A stretch of 64,000 bases of DNA from a bacterium (GCA_021779915.1 JAJXZR010000029.1:12495-76494); one strand, 5' to 3'; numbered from the stretch's first letter, positions 1 through 10,110 are shown. Numbers and translations are program-made. The notes: generated from the sequence alone by a model not told the origin.

Positions 1-12
1 CCACTTGCTGTT

Positions 13-546
13 TTGGCTGTTTTGATTGTCTTAGTGGCGTTTTTAGTGGCGGTTTATAACGGGCTTATTAAGCTTCGAAACAAGACGGAGGAAGCCTGGT
101 CGGATATTGATGTTCAACTCAAGAGAAGGTATGACCTGATCCCTAATCTGGTTGAAACAGTAAAGGGTTATGCTAAACACGAAAACAAGACTTTTGAAGA
201 TATAGCGAATCTCAGAAGCCAAGCTATGCAAGCAAATACTCCTGCTGAGAAAGCTAAAGCTGACAACATGCTTTCAGACACGCTAAAGAGTCTTTTTGCG
301 GTAGTGGAGAATTATCCTGAGTTGAAGGCTAATCAAAATTTTATGGATCTTCAAAGTCAACTTTCTTCGATTGAAGAAACAATTCAGCAGTCAAGAAGAT
401 ATTATAACGGCAATGTCAGAGACTTCAACATCAAGCTCGAAACATTCCCCAACAATTTGGTTGCTGGTTCGTTCGGATTCAAAAAATTTGATTTTTTTGA
501 AGTAGCTGACGCCAAAGAAAAAGAAAATGTGAAAGTGGAATTCTAA
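13..546 (+). CDS. LemA family protein
   Basis: N-terminal TM helix followed by a conserved LemA-like block (NGLIKLRN...WSDIDVQLKRRYDLIPNLVETVKGYAKHE); could start upstream of window. Confidence 0.65.
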   Translation: MAVLIVLVAFLVAVYNGLIKLRNKTEEAWSDIDVQLKRRYDLIPNLVETVKGYAKHENKTFEDIANLRSQAMQANTPAEKAKADNMLSDTLKSLFAVVENYPELKANQNFMDLQSQLSSIEETIQQSRRYYNGNVRDFNIKLETFPNNLVAGSFGFKKFDFFEVADAKEKENVKVEF

Positions 547-551
547 AATGT

Positions 552-663
552 AGTTCATCAAGTTTTTCAAGTTTATCAAGTTCATAAAGTAAGAAATTTT
601 ACGAATTTTGGTAGACTATAAACTTGATAAACTTGATGAGCTTTATAACTTGATAAACTAATC
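552..663 (+). promoter_or_regulatory. CTTGATAAAC / GTTTATCAAG palindromic repeat module ending in the start-codon-proximal motif
   Basis: catcaagtttttcaagtttatcaagttcataaag ... ctataaacttgataaacttgatgagctttataacttgataaactaat-cccc-ATG. Confidence 0.5.
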
Positions 664-666
664 CCC

Positions 667-1047
667 ATGCCCAAAGAAGACAAAAAAGAAGAAAAAGAAA
701 CTAAAAAGGAGGAAAAAATTGACGAAGCTCTGCAAAAAGACATTGAAGCCAACAAGGCTGTAACTTTTCTCAGCTATCTAGGAATTCTTGCACTCATCCC
801 CTTACTTGCTAACAAGGACAGTAAATTTGCCCAATTTCATGCTAAACAAGGCTTGATTCTTGCTCTTGCAGTTATTGTGGGAGTTTGGATCTCTGGATTA
901 ATTCCAGTTCTGGGTTGGATGATTTTGTCTCCTGCCATAAGTATTGGAGGAATTGTTCTTATGATTATGGGTCTTATTAATGTTGCTAACGGGGAAATGA
1001 AAGATCTTCCGATTATTGGCGATTTCTCAAAAAAAATAAAACTATAA
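667..1047 (+). CDS. DUF4870-like small integral membrane protein
   Basis: K/E-rich N-terminus then two TM segments with an FHAKQG motif typical of DUF4870. Confidence 0.45.
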   Translation: MPKEDKKEEKETKKEEKIDEALQKDIEANKAVTFLSYLGILALIPLLANKDSKFAQFHAKQGLILALAVIVGVWISGLIPVLGWMILSPAISIGGIVLMIMGLINVANGEMKDLPIIGDFSKKIKL

Positions 1048-1063
1048 TTTCAAAATTTAAAAA

Positions 1064-1462
1064 ATGGAAATTCCGTCGAACAAAACTCTTTATGTGATTG
1101 TTGGTGTTTTGGGTGTTGTTATAGTTGTCTTACTAATTGCTTTACTTATTTTAAAAAAACCTCAAGGAAGTAGTCTTTCTGAGGTGAATAAAATAAATAA
1201 TGTTACAGATCCTAATGCCGGGAAAACGTTAGAAGAACTTACCACAGCTCCTGATAACAGTTCCAATACAAATGATGCCCCTCAAACTAATGAAGAATTA
1301 CAAAAAATGATTTCTGCTCCTCCACCCAAAAATTCATCAGGAGAGAATAAAAATAAAGTGAAGACAGAAAACATTGGTACGGAACCTCTAAACATCCCAA
1401 AAGAAGAACAGTCAATGAGCAAAGAACTTCAAGACAGCCTGACAGCGCCGAGTCGGGAATAA
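1064..1462 (+). CDS. hypothetical membrane-anchored protein with a low-complexity Ser/Asn/Pro-rich tail
   Basis: single N-terminal TM helix; low complexity; no recognisable domain. Confidence 0.3.
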   Translation: MEIPSNKTLYVIVGVLGVVIVVLLIALLILKKPQGSSLSEVNKINNVTDPNAGKTLEELTTAPDNSSNTNDAPQTNEELQKMISAPPPKNSSGENKNKVKTENIGTEPLNIPKEEQSMSKELQDSLTAPSRE

Positions 1463-1567
1463 AATAACTTGCATCATCCCGATTTGTATTCAAAACCTAT
1501 TTTTATTTTCTTTCTCTCGACTAAACTATTTATTCAGGCTAATCTTCGCTTAAAGTAAAGAAATTAA

Positions 1568-2626
1568 ATGAAAATTCCTGATTCTAAAACTATTGTTTCC
1601 ATTGATTCGAACACTATTTTTCGCACACTTTTGATCATTCTTCTGCTGTTTTTTTTGTATTATATTTCGGATGTTCTCATTATTATTTTCTTGTCTTTTA
1701 TTATTGTTTCCGCTATTGCTCCAGTGGTGGACTATTTAGAAAAATTCCGTCTTCCTCGAAGCGTAGTTACGCTTGCGATCTACGTTCTGGTTATTGGTGG
1801 GACGTTTTATATCCTCTCGCTTTTAGTTCCGGCGGTGGGGGAACAGCTGGGACAATTGGGTAACAATATTCCTCGTTACAGCCAGAGTCTGCATAATCTA
1901 GAAGAGCGAATTTTGAATTTTATGGGGAGTAAAGGAATTGCCGAGTCTCAGAGTAGCCAATTGCTGGTTAACTTGAGTAACAAACTTAACGAGGGGTGGT
2001 GGAACCTGTTTTCTCAAGCCGGATCTTTCTTGAGTGGCATAGTCAGTTTTATTGCCATTCTCTCTCTTTCCTTTTATTCTAGTATTCAAAAAAAGAATGT
2101 AGGCGAATTTTTACAAGCTTTTATTCCGGTTTCACATCGAGAATACGTGCTGACTTTGATGGATAGAATCCAGCAAAAAATTGGTTACTGGCTACTCGGG
2201 CAGATAATTCTTAATATAATTATCGGAGTGATGGTTTATATTGGACTCAGTTTGTTGGGAGTGCCCTATGCTTTGGTCTTGGCACTGCTCGCGGCAATTT
2301 TTGAGGTAGTTCCTTATGTTGGACCAATTCTTTCTTCAGTGGCAGGAATTCTTGTGGCTCTCAGTCTCGGTCCTGTGCAAGCTTTAGCTGTCCTTGTAAT
2401 GTACATTTTTGTCCAACAGCTAGAGAATCATTTAATTGTTCCTATGGTAATGAAACAAGCCGTGGGGCTCAATCCAGTCGCTGTCATTATTGCCATGCTC
2501 ATTGGGATGAAAGTTGCCGGACCTCTGGGACTGATTCTAGCTATTCCAGTTACAGCGGTAATAAGCGTGTTTTTGTCAGATTTGATTAAAGTGGAGAACA
2601 AAAGTGGGGTTGGGAGTGGGAAATAG
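1568..2626 (+). CDS. AI-2E family transporter (PerM/YhhT-like, UPF0118)
   Basis: 352 aa polytopic membrane protein with the characteristic AI-2E family architecture and C-terminal Gly-rich helices. Confidence 0.65.
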   Translation: MKIPDSKTIVSIDSNTIFRTLLIILLLFFLYYISDVLIIIFLSFIIVSAIAPVVDYLEKFRLPRSVVTLAIYVLVIGGTFYILSLLVPAVGEQLGQLGNNIPRYSQSLHNLEERILNFMGSKGIAESQSSQLLVNLSNKLNEGWWNLFSQAGSFLSGIVSFIAILSLSFYSSIQKKNVGEFLQAFIPVSHREYVLTLMDRIQQKIGYWLLGQIILNIIIGVMVYIGLSLLGVPYALVLALLAAIFEVVPYVGPILSSVAGILVALSLGPVQALAVLVMYIFVQQLENHLIVPMVMKQAVGLNPVAVIIAMLIGMKVAGPLGLILAIPVTAVISVFLSDLIKVENKSGVGSGK

Positions 2627-2845
2627 ATGTCCTTTTTATAATAATTTTCAATTTCACAATTTTATAATTTTCAAACAAACACAACTATCTATATTATATT
2701 TTCTAGAAGAAGATAGTCCGTTTTTAAAATTGAAAAATTAAGGAATTGGAAATTAGAAATTGGAAATTAGGTATACAATTTAAATCTCTAAACTTGAAAT
2801 ACAAAAAAGCAAATTTTTCTATACTCAAATTAATCAACTATTTCT

Positions 2846-4000
2846 ATGCGTACTTCCTATTCTTCTCTCAACAATTTTAAAACCTGCCCTCTTAAATATA
2901 AATACAAGGAAATTGACAAAATCAAAGGGAAACAAACCGCAATCCTCGCTTTTGGGAATTTGATGCATAAAACGCTCCGGTTTATTTACACTCCCACTGC
3001 TCATGGTTTTCCTACTAAAGAAGAAGCGATAAATTTTTTCGGACAGAATTGGAAACAGGAAATTTTAATCAAGGAAGGTGAAGAAAAAGGGTATTTTGAA
3101 GACGGGATCAAAATTTTGAGCAACTATATTGATTCCAAAGACGATGCGGAGAGAAACCAAGTGATTGCGCTTGAACACCATTTCAACATTAAAATCGGAG
3201 AACACGACTTGGAAGGATTTATTGACCGAATAGACAGAACTAAAGAAGGTTTTGAGATTATTGATTACAAAACCAGCCAAAAAATTCCCCCTGAAAAAGA
3301 AATTGAGAATGACTTGCAACTCAGTATCTATCTGCGAGCGTTCATCAATGAATGGCCTTCCCTCTTCAAAGAAGTCAAAGAAACTGACAAAATCAAACTA
3401 ACTCTCTATTTTTTGAGACACGACATAAAACTCTCGGCTACTCGAACTAAAAAAGATTTAAAAGATATCGACGAGAAAATTACCGAGCTTATTAATGCAG
3501 TTGAGGAGGCAAAAAAAAATAATAAATTTGATCCGTTCCCTTCTAATCTTTGTGGTTGGTGTGATTATCAGGAAATATGTCCTGTTTGGTCGCACAAATT
3601 CAAACCCGTTTCAAAGGAGCTTGAGGAAAAAGAAATTCAAGAAATAAGTCAAAAGTTTATCAGTCTGCGAGCCAAGAAAAAAGAAATCGAAGGGGAAATC
3701 AGAGAAGTTCAAGAAAAAATTAACAAGTATTTTACCGATACCAAATTGGAGCAGTTTTTCACGGATTTTGGAAGCATTTTAAAGTCGCCTCGCAAAACTT
3801 ACTCTTACAATCCAATCAAGATAGCTGAAATAATAAGACAAATAGGCAAAGACCCGATTTCAGTTATGAAAGTGGACTCTCGGGCTTTAACCGGTCTGAA
3901 AGCAGGATTAGAAAGAGAACAAAAAAAGATGATTGAAGAGGCGAAAGAGTTGGAGAGAGAAGGGTTTGTATTGGTGGTGAAGGGGGATAAGAAAGTTTAA
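2846..4000 (+). CDS. PD-(D/E)XK nuclease superfamily protein (RecB/Cas4-like) with C-terminal Cys cluster and K/E-rich coiled-coil tail
   Basis: RecB/Cas4-like N-terminus (CPLKYKY...), D..E.K-type core (IDRID...IIDYKTS) and CGWCDYQEICPVW cysteine motif. Confidence 0.45.
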   Translation: MRTSYSSLNNFKTCPLKYKYKEIDKIKGKQTAILAFGNLMHKTLRFIYTPTAHGFPTKEEAINFFGQNWKQEILIKEGEEKGYFEDGIKILSNYIDSKDDAERNQVIALEHHFNIKIGEHDLEGFIDRIDRTKEGFEIIDYKTSQKIPPEKEIENDLQLSIYLRAFINEWPSLFKEVKETDKIKLTLYFLRHDIKLSATRTKKDLKDIDEKITELINAVEEAKKNNKFDPFPSNLCGWCDYQEICPVWSHKFKPVSKELEEKEIQEISQKFISLRAKKKEIEGEIREVQEKINKYFTDTKLEQFFTDFGSILKSPRKTYSYNPIKIAEIIRQIGKDPISVMKVDSRALTGLKAGLEREQKKMIEEAKELEREGFVLVVKGDKKV

Positions 4001-4098
4001 AATGGAAAAATCAAAATGGAAAATTGTGGAGTCACTTTGCGACAATCAAATGTCACCTTTGGCGACACCGCAATTTTACATTTTGATTTTTCCATTTT

Positions 4099-5220
4099 TC
4101 ATTCTCTGATGTGCAGATTCTGTCCGCATTTGAAACAACCTCCGTTTTCGTCGAAGCGGTCAATTTGGTAATTTCTTCTTTCAATATTGATGGCTTTGCA
4201 GTGGGGACAGATTGTGTTGGCGAGGTTTGTGATTGATGCGTAGACAAATTTCAATCCTTCTTTTTTGCCTATTTCATAGGCTTTTTTTATTTCTTCTTCG
4301 CTAGTTTTTTGCCAGCTTTGCATTTGCCAGGAAATTTCGGGAGAAAAGTCGAGGAGATGCCAAGGGGTGGTTCTAGAAAGCTTATTTTTAATGAAAGAGG
4401 CGATTCCTCGGAGCATATTTTCGTTGTTGGAAAACTTCGGAATTATTAAAGTGGTAACTTCTAAGTGAATATCAGATTCTTTTATTTTAATTAGATTGGC
4501 AAGAACTCGAGAGAGTTTTCCTTTTGGATGCGACTGATAAAATCTTTGATCAAAAGATTTTAAATCCACATTCATGGCATCAATGTAAGGAAAAATCTCT
4601 TCCCGGGCAGAATCGGAAAAAAATCCGTTGGTAATCCACACGTTCTTAATTTTAGCTTTTTTAGCCAGTTTCATTACATCCATTACAAACTCAATAGATA
4701 TCGTTGGTTCGTTGTAAGTGTAAGCGATTCCTATACAATTATTTTCCACTGCTTGATTCACTATTTCGGCGGGGGAAATGTCGGAAAAATTTTCCAGGAT
4801 AGAATTTAAAGATTCTGGTTTTGTATGGACTAGAGAGGAAGTTTGAGAAATTTGCCAGTTATGGCAGTTGGGACAACGGAAGTTGCATCCAAAACTTCCA
4901 AAAGAAAGGAGGTTTTCGCCCGGAAAAAAATGGTAAAGAGGTTTTTTTTCAACAGGATCGACGGCAAGGCTGGTAACTTTGCCATAAGTAAGAGAATAAA
5001 GAATCCCATTTATATTAGTTCTTGTTCCGCAAAATCCCATATTTTCTTTTTTTAGGTAAGGAAAAATAGAAAGATTCGGGCTTCCCTTTGCTGGTAAAAT
5101 AACACACTTATGCTCGCAAAGATCACACCTCACAGCTCCAGCGTTTAATTTTTCATATAGAATCGCTTCTTTAAAAATATTTTTCATATTTGTTTTGATA
5201 AAAATCTTAATTTCTTTCAA
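4099..5220 (-). CDS. radical SAM enzyme, AmmeMemoRadiSam-system type (PflA-like)
   Basis: CNFRCPNCHNW radical-SAM CxxxCxxC motif, N-terminal Cys/His cluster (CDLCEHKC), C-terminal CPHC...CFKC zinc ribbon. Confidence 0.55.
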   Translation of the reverse strand: MKEIKIFIKTNMKNIFKEAILYEKLNAGAVRCDLCEHKCVILPAKGSPNLSIFPYLKKENMGFCGTRTNINGILYSLTYGKVTSLAVDPVEKKPLYHFFPGENLLSFGSFGCNFRCPNCHNWQISQTSSLVHTKPESLNSILENFSDISPAEIVNQAVENNCIGIAYTYNEPTISIEFVMDVMKLAKKAKIKNVWITNGFFSDSAREEIFPYIDAMNVDLKSFDQRFYQSHPKGKLSRVLANLIKIKESDIHLEVTTLIIPKFSNNENMLRGIASFIKNKLSRTTPWHLLDFSPEISWQMQSWQKTSEEEIKKAYEIGKKEGLKFVYASITNLANTICPHCKAINIERRNYQIDRFDENGGCFKCGQNLHIRE

Positions 5221-6478
5221 TCTCCACTCCGATTCCCTTCAATCTTGTATCAATATCTGCATATCCCCTCTCGATCTGGTATATGTTGTCAATTACGGTT
5301 TCGCCTTCAGCGATTGATCCAGCAAGAACCAAAGCTATTCCTGCCCGAATATCGGGGCTGGCCAGTTTTTTACCGATCAAAGGAGTAGGTCCTTGAACCA
5401 CAATCCGATGCGGGTCGCACATAATTATTTTCGCTCCCATCTGGGAAAGATTGTCGGTAAAGAATAGTCGACCATCAAAAATCGGCTCATGGATGAGGCT
5501 TATTCCCTGGGCTTGGGTCATGAGAACCGTATAGGGCGGTTGATAGTCCGTTGCAAAACCAGGATATTCGTGAGTCATAATATTGTTACTCCCAAGCTCT
5601 TTATAAGGTAAACTAGTAACATAATTTTTGTTCTTCTCAATTTTTACTCCCGATTTTTGAAGCATATTGATAAGAGCCTCAATAAGGCTGGGATCACATT
5701 TTGAGATCTTTAATTTGGTTTTGTGGAGAGCTCCTAAAATCAAAAAGGTAGCCGCTTCTATCCGATCAGGAATGATTTTGGTTTCTCCTCCTCTCAATCT
5801 TTCTACTCCTCTAACTTGAATTTCTGATGTTCCGACTCCTTTTATTTTCGCTCCGCATTTGTTGAGAAAATTACATAAAGCAATAATTTCTGGCTCTAAA
5901 GCACAATTTTTTAAAATTGTTTTTCCCCGAGCCAAGACCGATGCGATAATAAGTGCCTCAGTTGCCGTAACACTTATTCTGGGAAAAAAGAATTCCCCTC
6001 CTTTCAATCGACCGCCTTTGGCCTTGAGATTGATCATCTCTTCGTCTCCCGAGACATCCGCCCCCAACTCTTTAAAGCCTTCCAGAAAGATATCAACGGG
6101 TCTCTTGCCAAGAACACAACCGCCTGGATGATAAAAGCTCACTTTGCCGAAACGTGAAAGTAAAGCGGCTGCCAAAACAATAGAGGTTCGAATAGTGCTT
6201 GATTTCTGAGGATCAAGTTTAGTAGTGGTAATATTTTTTGCATTAACGTAGACTGTTTCTTTTTCTCTTTTCACTTCTACTCCAATGGAAACAAGTAACT
6301 CTTCTTTTCTTCGGACATCCTCAATAAGGGGGATATTGGTTATTTTTACCGTTTTATCAGTCAAAACTGTAGCGGCCAAGACTTTCAGAGCATGGTTCTT
6401 CGCCCCCCTAACCGCAATTTCTCCTCCAACATCGGTTGATTTTTTAATAATAAAACGAGCGTTGTTTTCTTGTTGCAT
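5207..6478 (-). CDS. murA: UDP-N-acetylglucosamine 1-carboxyvinyltransferase
   Basis: 423 aa; N-terminal GAKN motif and full-length EPSP-synthase-fold similarity to MurA. Confidence 0.85.
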   Translation of the reverse strand: MQQENNARFIIKKSTDVGGEIAVRGAKNHALKVLAATVLTDKTVKITNIPLIEDVRRKEELLVSIGVEVKREKETVYVNAKNITTTKLDPQKSSTIRTSIVLAAALLSRFGKVSFYHPGGCVLGKRPVDIFLEGFKELGADVSGDEEMINLKAKGGRLKGGEFFFPRISVTATEALIIASVLARGKTILKNCALEPEIIALCNFLNKCGAKIKGVGTSEIQVRGVERLRGGETKIIPDRIEAATFLILGALHKTKLKISKCDPSLIEALINMLQKSGVKIEKNKNYVTSLPYKELGSNNIMTHEYPGFATDYQPPYTVLMTQAQGISLIHEPIFDGRLFFTDNLSQMGAKIIMCDPHRIVVQGPTPLIGKKLASPDIRAGIALVLAGSIAEGETVIDNIYQIERGYADIDTRLKGIGVEIERN

Positions 6479-6564
6479 AATATTAAGCTGTGAAGATTTA
6501 AAATGCTTTTTATAGAGTTTGGCACTGTTTTTAAACTAGCCAAATAAAAATAAAAATTTTCTCC

Positions 6565-7107
6565 TTACACTTGTTTCTCCTCTCCTTCCGTCGTCACCCT
6601 TCCTCCTTGCCACTGACCTCGATAAAGGTTTGTTTCACCTTTAACTTCTTGGAAAGTAATATGAACAATTCTTGATCCAAGGGCAATTTTAATATTTTTC
6701 CCTCCAAGGTTACAGAGAGCAAAAGTCAGTTTTCCTTGATAGCCAGGAGAAACGGCACCATTAAAAAGTGCAATTCCCGAGCGAAAAAGAGTGGTACGTG
6801 AAACGATGAAAGCAATGAGATCCTGAGGTAAATTAACTGATTCTACGGTAGTAATGAGATAATATTTTCCAGGGTTAAATTCAAAAAAAGTTTCCTCACT
6901 TCCTTCTTTAAACTCCGCTATTTTTTTTAAATCGGGAGTATCACGATTCTCAACCCCTAAAAACCCGCTTCCCTCTAATTCATAAATCTCACCCATTCGA
7001 AGGTCAAAACCCGCTCCCTCGGGATTACTAAGTTCTCTCTCACAAAGCCCTTCCACTAATTTTTTTTCTTTTACTAGTTGTAATAAGCTATCAACACCGA
7101 GAATCAT
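6565..7107 (-). CDS. dcd: dCTP deaminase (dUTPase fold)
   Basis: 180 aa dUTPase-like beta-barrel protein with Dcd-like motifs. Confidence 0.65.
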   Translation of the reverse strand: MILGVDSLLQLVKEKKLVEGLCERELSNPEGAGFDLRMGEIYELEGSGFLGVENRDTPDLKKIAEFKEGSEETFFEFNPGKYYLITTVESVNLPQDLIAFIVSRTTLFRSGIALFNGAVSPGYQGKLTFALCNLGGKNIKIALGSRIVHITFQEVKGETNLYRGQWQGGRVTTEGEEKQV

Positions 7108-7210
7108 GATTCTTATTTAAGATTTAGATTACTTAGTTATTAAATAATAGATTTATAGGGAGGCAAAGGATACCTAATTTTATACATTCCAAACAAGATG
7201 GGGCTATGGT

Positions 7211-7249
7211 CTATGCATAATCCCGGATCAAATCTGGGATTATGCATAG
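7211..7249. repeat. 17-bp-arm inverted repeat in the dcd/gatB divergent intergenic region
   Basis: ctatgcataatcccgga-tcaaa-tctgggattatgcatag. Confidence 0.5.
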
Positions 7250-7347
7250 AACCGTAATTTTCTTTGCAAATTGAAAAATATATCCTTTTTTGAACAATTA
7301 ATATATTTATTATAGCTTAAATAGGTCTAATCGAAGTAACTCCAAAA

Positions 7348-8838
7348 ATGGAAAAACAACCAAGTTGGAAAGTCATAATTGGAATGGAAGTACATGTTCA
7401 GCCAAAAACGGAAAGCAAGATGTTTTGCGAGTGCAAAAACGATCCTTTTTGCAAAGATCCGAATATTCACACTTGTCCGGTGTGTATGGCTCTGCCAGGA
7501 AGTTTGCCGGTGGCTAATGAAAAAGCGATTGAAGAAATTATCAAGCTGGGGGTCGCTCTCAATTCAAAAATAGCTTCTTATAGTTGTTTTGCCAGAAAAA
7601 GTTATTTTTATCCCGATCTCCCCAAGGGTTATCAAATCAGTCAATACGATAAGCCATTTTGTCAGGGAGGAGAACTTTCTGTAAACGGTAAAAAGATTAA
7701 AATCACCCGTATTCATCTGGAAGAAGATGCAGGAAAAAATTTCCATCCCAAAGGAACCGATTACACTCTGGTAGATCTAAACAGAGCCGGTGTGCCACTT
7801 ATTGAGCTGGTAACCGAACCGGATATCGAAAGTGCTGAAGAAGCCAAGCTTTTTTGTCAGGAATTGCAATTAGTTTTGCGCTACTTAAAAATTTCCGATG
7901 CTGATATGGAAAAAGGTCAGATGCGGTGCGAAGCCAACATTTCTTTAGTTCCGAAGGGAACTTTAGAGAAGGACAAGCTTTCTGGAACCAAAGTCGAAGT
8001 TAAAAATCTCAATTCTTTTAAAGCGGTGGAGAGAAGTATTGAATTTGAAATAAAAAGACAATCAAGAATTCTCGAAAGAGGAGAGAAAGTGGTAGCGGAA
8101 ACTCGCGGTTGGAGCGAAGGAAAACAAGGAACAGTGAGTCAAAGGAGCAAGGAGGAAGCCAGTGAATACCGCTACTTCCCCGAACCCGACCTGCCTCCTA
8201 TTCTTGTTGATCCGAAGGACGTTGAAAAACTGAGAGATAATTTACCCGAGCTTCCCCAAGAATTTAGAAAAAGGCTGAGAGACGAATATAAACTGGCTCC
8301 AAGCGCAATCGAGGCTTTTACTTGCGATAAAAACTTGGGAAACTATTTTGAAGAGGCTGGGAGTGAACTTCGCGCCTGGTGGGAAGATACTTCCAAAGAA
8401 AAGTTTTCTAAAGATATTTATCAACTACTCGCTAATTACTTGATAACGGAAATTAAAAAATATTTAAGTGTCAGCAAAACAGACATAAAAGATCTTCTGG
8501 TTACTCCTGAAAATCTAGCAGAGCTCATTGTTATGCTTTATGAAAACAAAATAAACTCTTCTGCCGCTCAAACCATTCTAGCAAAAATGCTTGAAAAGGG
8601 AAGCGACCCAGATCAGATTGCTAAAGAATTGGATCTTCTTCAAATATCCGACAATAGCGCACTCACAGAAATTGTAGAAAAGGTTTTAAGCAATAATCCT
8701 CAAGCTATTGAGGATCTAAAAAGCGGTAAGGAACAAATTTTACAATACCTCATCGGCCAAGTAATGAAAGAAACCAGAGGAAAAGCCAACCCAAAAGTTG
8801 TGGATGATATGATCAGAGAGAAGATATTTGGAAAATAG
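7348..8838 (+). CDS. gatB: Asp-tRNA(Asn)/Glu-tRNA(Gln) amidotransferase subunit B
   Basis: N-terminal VIGMEVHVQ motif and C-terminal GatB/YqeY domain; 496 aa. Confidence 0.9.
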   Translation: MEKQPSWKVIIGMEVHVQPKTESKMFCECKNDPFCKDPNIHTCPVCMALPGSLPVANEKAIEEIIKLGVALNSKIASYSCFARKSYFYPDLPKGYQISQYDKPFCQGGELSVNGKKIKITRIHLEEDAGKNFHPKGTDYTLVDLNRAGVPLIELVTEPDIESAEEAKLFCQELQLVLRYLKISDADMEKGQMRCEANISLVPKGTLEKDKLSGTKVEVKNLNSFKAVERSIEFEIKRQSRILERGEKVVAETRGWSEGKQGTVSQRSKEEASEYRYFPEPDLPPILVDPKDVEKLRDNLPELPQEFRKRLRDEYKLAPSAIEAFTCDKNLGNYFEEAGSELRAWWEDTSKEKFSKDIYQLLANYLITEIKKYLSVSKTDIKDLLVTPENLAELIVMLYENKINSSAAQTILAKMLEKGSDPDQIAKELDLLQISDNSALTEIVEKVLSNNPQAIEDLKSGKEQILQYLIGQVMKETRGKANPKVVDDMIREKIFGK

Positions 8839-8851
8839 AGGCTGTTTTTCT

Positions 8852-8924
8852 GGGCTCGTAGCTTAGTTGGTAGAGCGCCGCGTTTGCAACGCGGAGGTCA
8901 GGGGTTCGAATCCCCTCGAGTCCA
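8852..8924 (+). tRNA. tRNA-Ala (anticodon TGC)
   Basis: cloverleaf with G3:U70 in the acceptor stem, anticodon loop tTTGCAa, T-arm GGTTCGAATCC; no encoded CCA. Confidence 0.85.
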
Positions 8925-8953
8925 CTAGAGGAAGAGCGGTCGCCTGAGGCGAC

Positions 8954-8984
8954 AGGTCAGGGGTTCGAATCCCCTCGAGTCCAC
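8954..8984 (+). repeat. 31-bp perfect direct repeat of the 3' end (T-arm plus acceptor 3' strand) of tRNA-Ala; att-site-like remnant or tRNA pseudo-fragment
   Basis: AGGTCAGGGGTTCGAATCCCCTCGAGTCCAC occurs at 8895-8925 and again at 8954-8984; the second copy lacks a 5' acceptor strand and D-arm. Confidence 0.7.
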
Positions 8985-9087
8985 ACAGCCTCTAAACAAA
9001 CAAGGACAATTTTTAAAACTCTAAAGAACTTTAACAATTTGGAAGTCTGAAAAGGAAAAGTAGACTCTAAAATCTCAACAAGACATC

Positions 9088-9120
9088 GACACCAGCTTAA
9101 ATTAGGCTGGTGTTTATTTT
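9088..9120 (+). terminator. rho-independent terminator downstream of tRNA-Ala
   Basis: CACCAGC...GCTGGTG hairpin followed by a T-run. Confidence 0.5.
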
Positions 9121-9214
9121 TCTCTTGACAAGATTGTTATTATATCTAAACTAAACAGTTCTATTAAATTAGGAAAAGCACTTTAAAAATTAGAAAAATG
9201 GGAGGTAACGATTT

Positions 9215-9943
9215 ATGGGAGCTTTGAAACACGAACATGAAAGGGATCACTACAGGGTTGATAATCTCGTGATTTTCAAACCTCAGAGACAAAACTCGGA
9301 CGCTTGGTTGTTGGAAGTTGGAGATTTGGTTCTTCTAAAAACCAGCTTTAACCGTAAATTAGGAAAAATTGGGTTCGCTCCAAGCTTCCCTTCTTCTGAT
9401 GCTATTTTTGACAGTATGGAAAGTTCCATCAGAGTTTTCCGCCCCCTGAATAATAATTTTTCTTTGGGAGAGAAAGGAGAGGAATGGCTGGTCAGGGTTG
9501 AGACAGTGAAGGTGAACAAGTGGAAAAGAACAAGCGATGACAGAATTTTTGTTTATATTGGGGTGAAAGTTTCGGAGCGAGTAGAGGTTACAGTAAGACA
9601 TTATTATGTCTCAGAGAACCTTTACACGGAAACGATTCAGAGTGGCACTTCAATCATTTCAAGCAGGATTGTCAGGAATCCCAAGGTGGAGGAAAAGTAT
9701 TATCTCGATGGAACGCTAGTGTCCAAAGGGATGACAATTTTTTCTCCTGAAGGAGAACGGCTGGCTGTCAATCGTATTGAGTCCGAGAGCAAAGAAGGGT
9801 ACTTCCAAAGAAGAGTCGCAGAAATAAAGGACTCTCCTTTTGCAGGAAAGCTCGGACAACCGGCAGATGTCATCGGGAGGGAGTTAAAATCATTTCCTAA
9901 GTTCCCTAGCGAAGAAAAATTTGGGTTTAATTTGCATTACTAG
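9215..9943 (+). CDS. hypothetical protein
   Basis: 242 aa ORF with a strong GGAGG RBS; no recognisable motif; own terminator at 9961-10000. Confidence 0.4.
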   Translation: MGALKHEHERDHYRVDNLVIFKPQRQNSDAWLLEVGDLVLLKTSFNRKLGKIGFAPSFPSSDAIFDSMESSIRVFRPLNNNFSLGEKGEEWLVRVETVKVNKWKRTSDDRIFVYIGVKVSERVEVTVRHYYVSENLYTETIQSGTSIISSRIVRNPKVEEKYYLDGTLVSKGMTIFSPEGERLAVNRIESESKEGYFQRRVAEIKDSPFAGKLGQPADVIGRELKSFPKFPSEEKFGFNLHY

Positions 9944-9960
9944 TAAAAGTACAAAACAAT

Positions 9961-10000
9961 TGCCCGTTGGTTAAAAATCTAATCAACGGGCTTTTTTATT
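9961..10000 (+). terminator. rho-independent terminator
   Basis: GCCCGTTG...CAACGGGC hairpin plus TTTTTT. Confidence 0.55.
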
Positions 10001-10110
10001 TTAAAATAAATAAAAAGCCAGAAAAATTCGACCAGTACTTATTTATGAGTTAGAAATTTTTAAACTGGTTCCTTAAAAATTTGATTGCTTCAAATGAAAG
10101 GAGGAAGGAA

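Noticed and set aside
43-585. Short minus-strand ORFs (43-231, 391-585) and many similar 60-110-aa antisense ORFs elsewhere (for example 3065-3319, 12015-12809, 13115-13730, 25479-25802, 27023-27709, 28302-28745)
   Set aside because: All lie antisense within well-supported conserved genes and are typical shadow ORFs of AT-rich sequence.
2742-2772. Tandem GGAATTGGAAATTAGAAATTGGAAATTAGG repeat upstream of the nuclease gene
   Set aside because: It is a short low-complexity A/T-rich microsatellite-like tract. It shares ATTAGAAATT with repeat termini but is too short to assign to a family.
8925-8990. Possible second tRNA right after tRNA-Ala
   Set aside because: Only the T-arm and 3' acceptor strand are present (an exact copy of tRNA-Ala's 3' end). 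No complementary 5' acceptor strand or D-arm can be formed, so it was called a repeat fragment.
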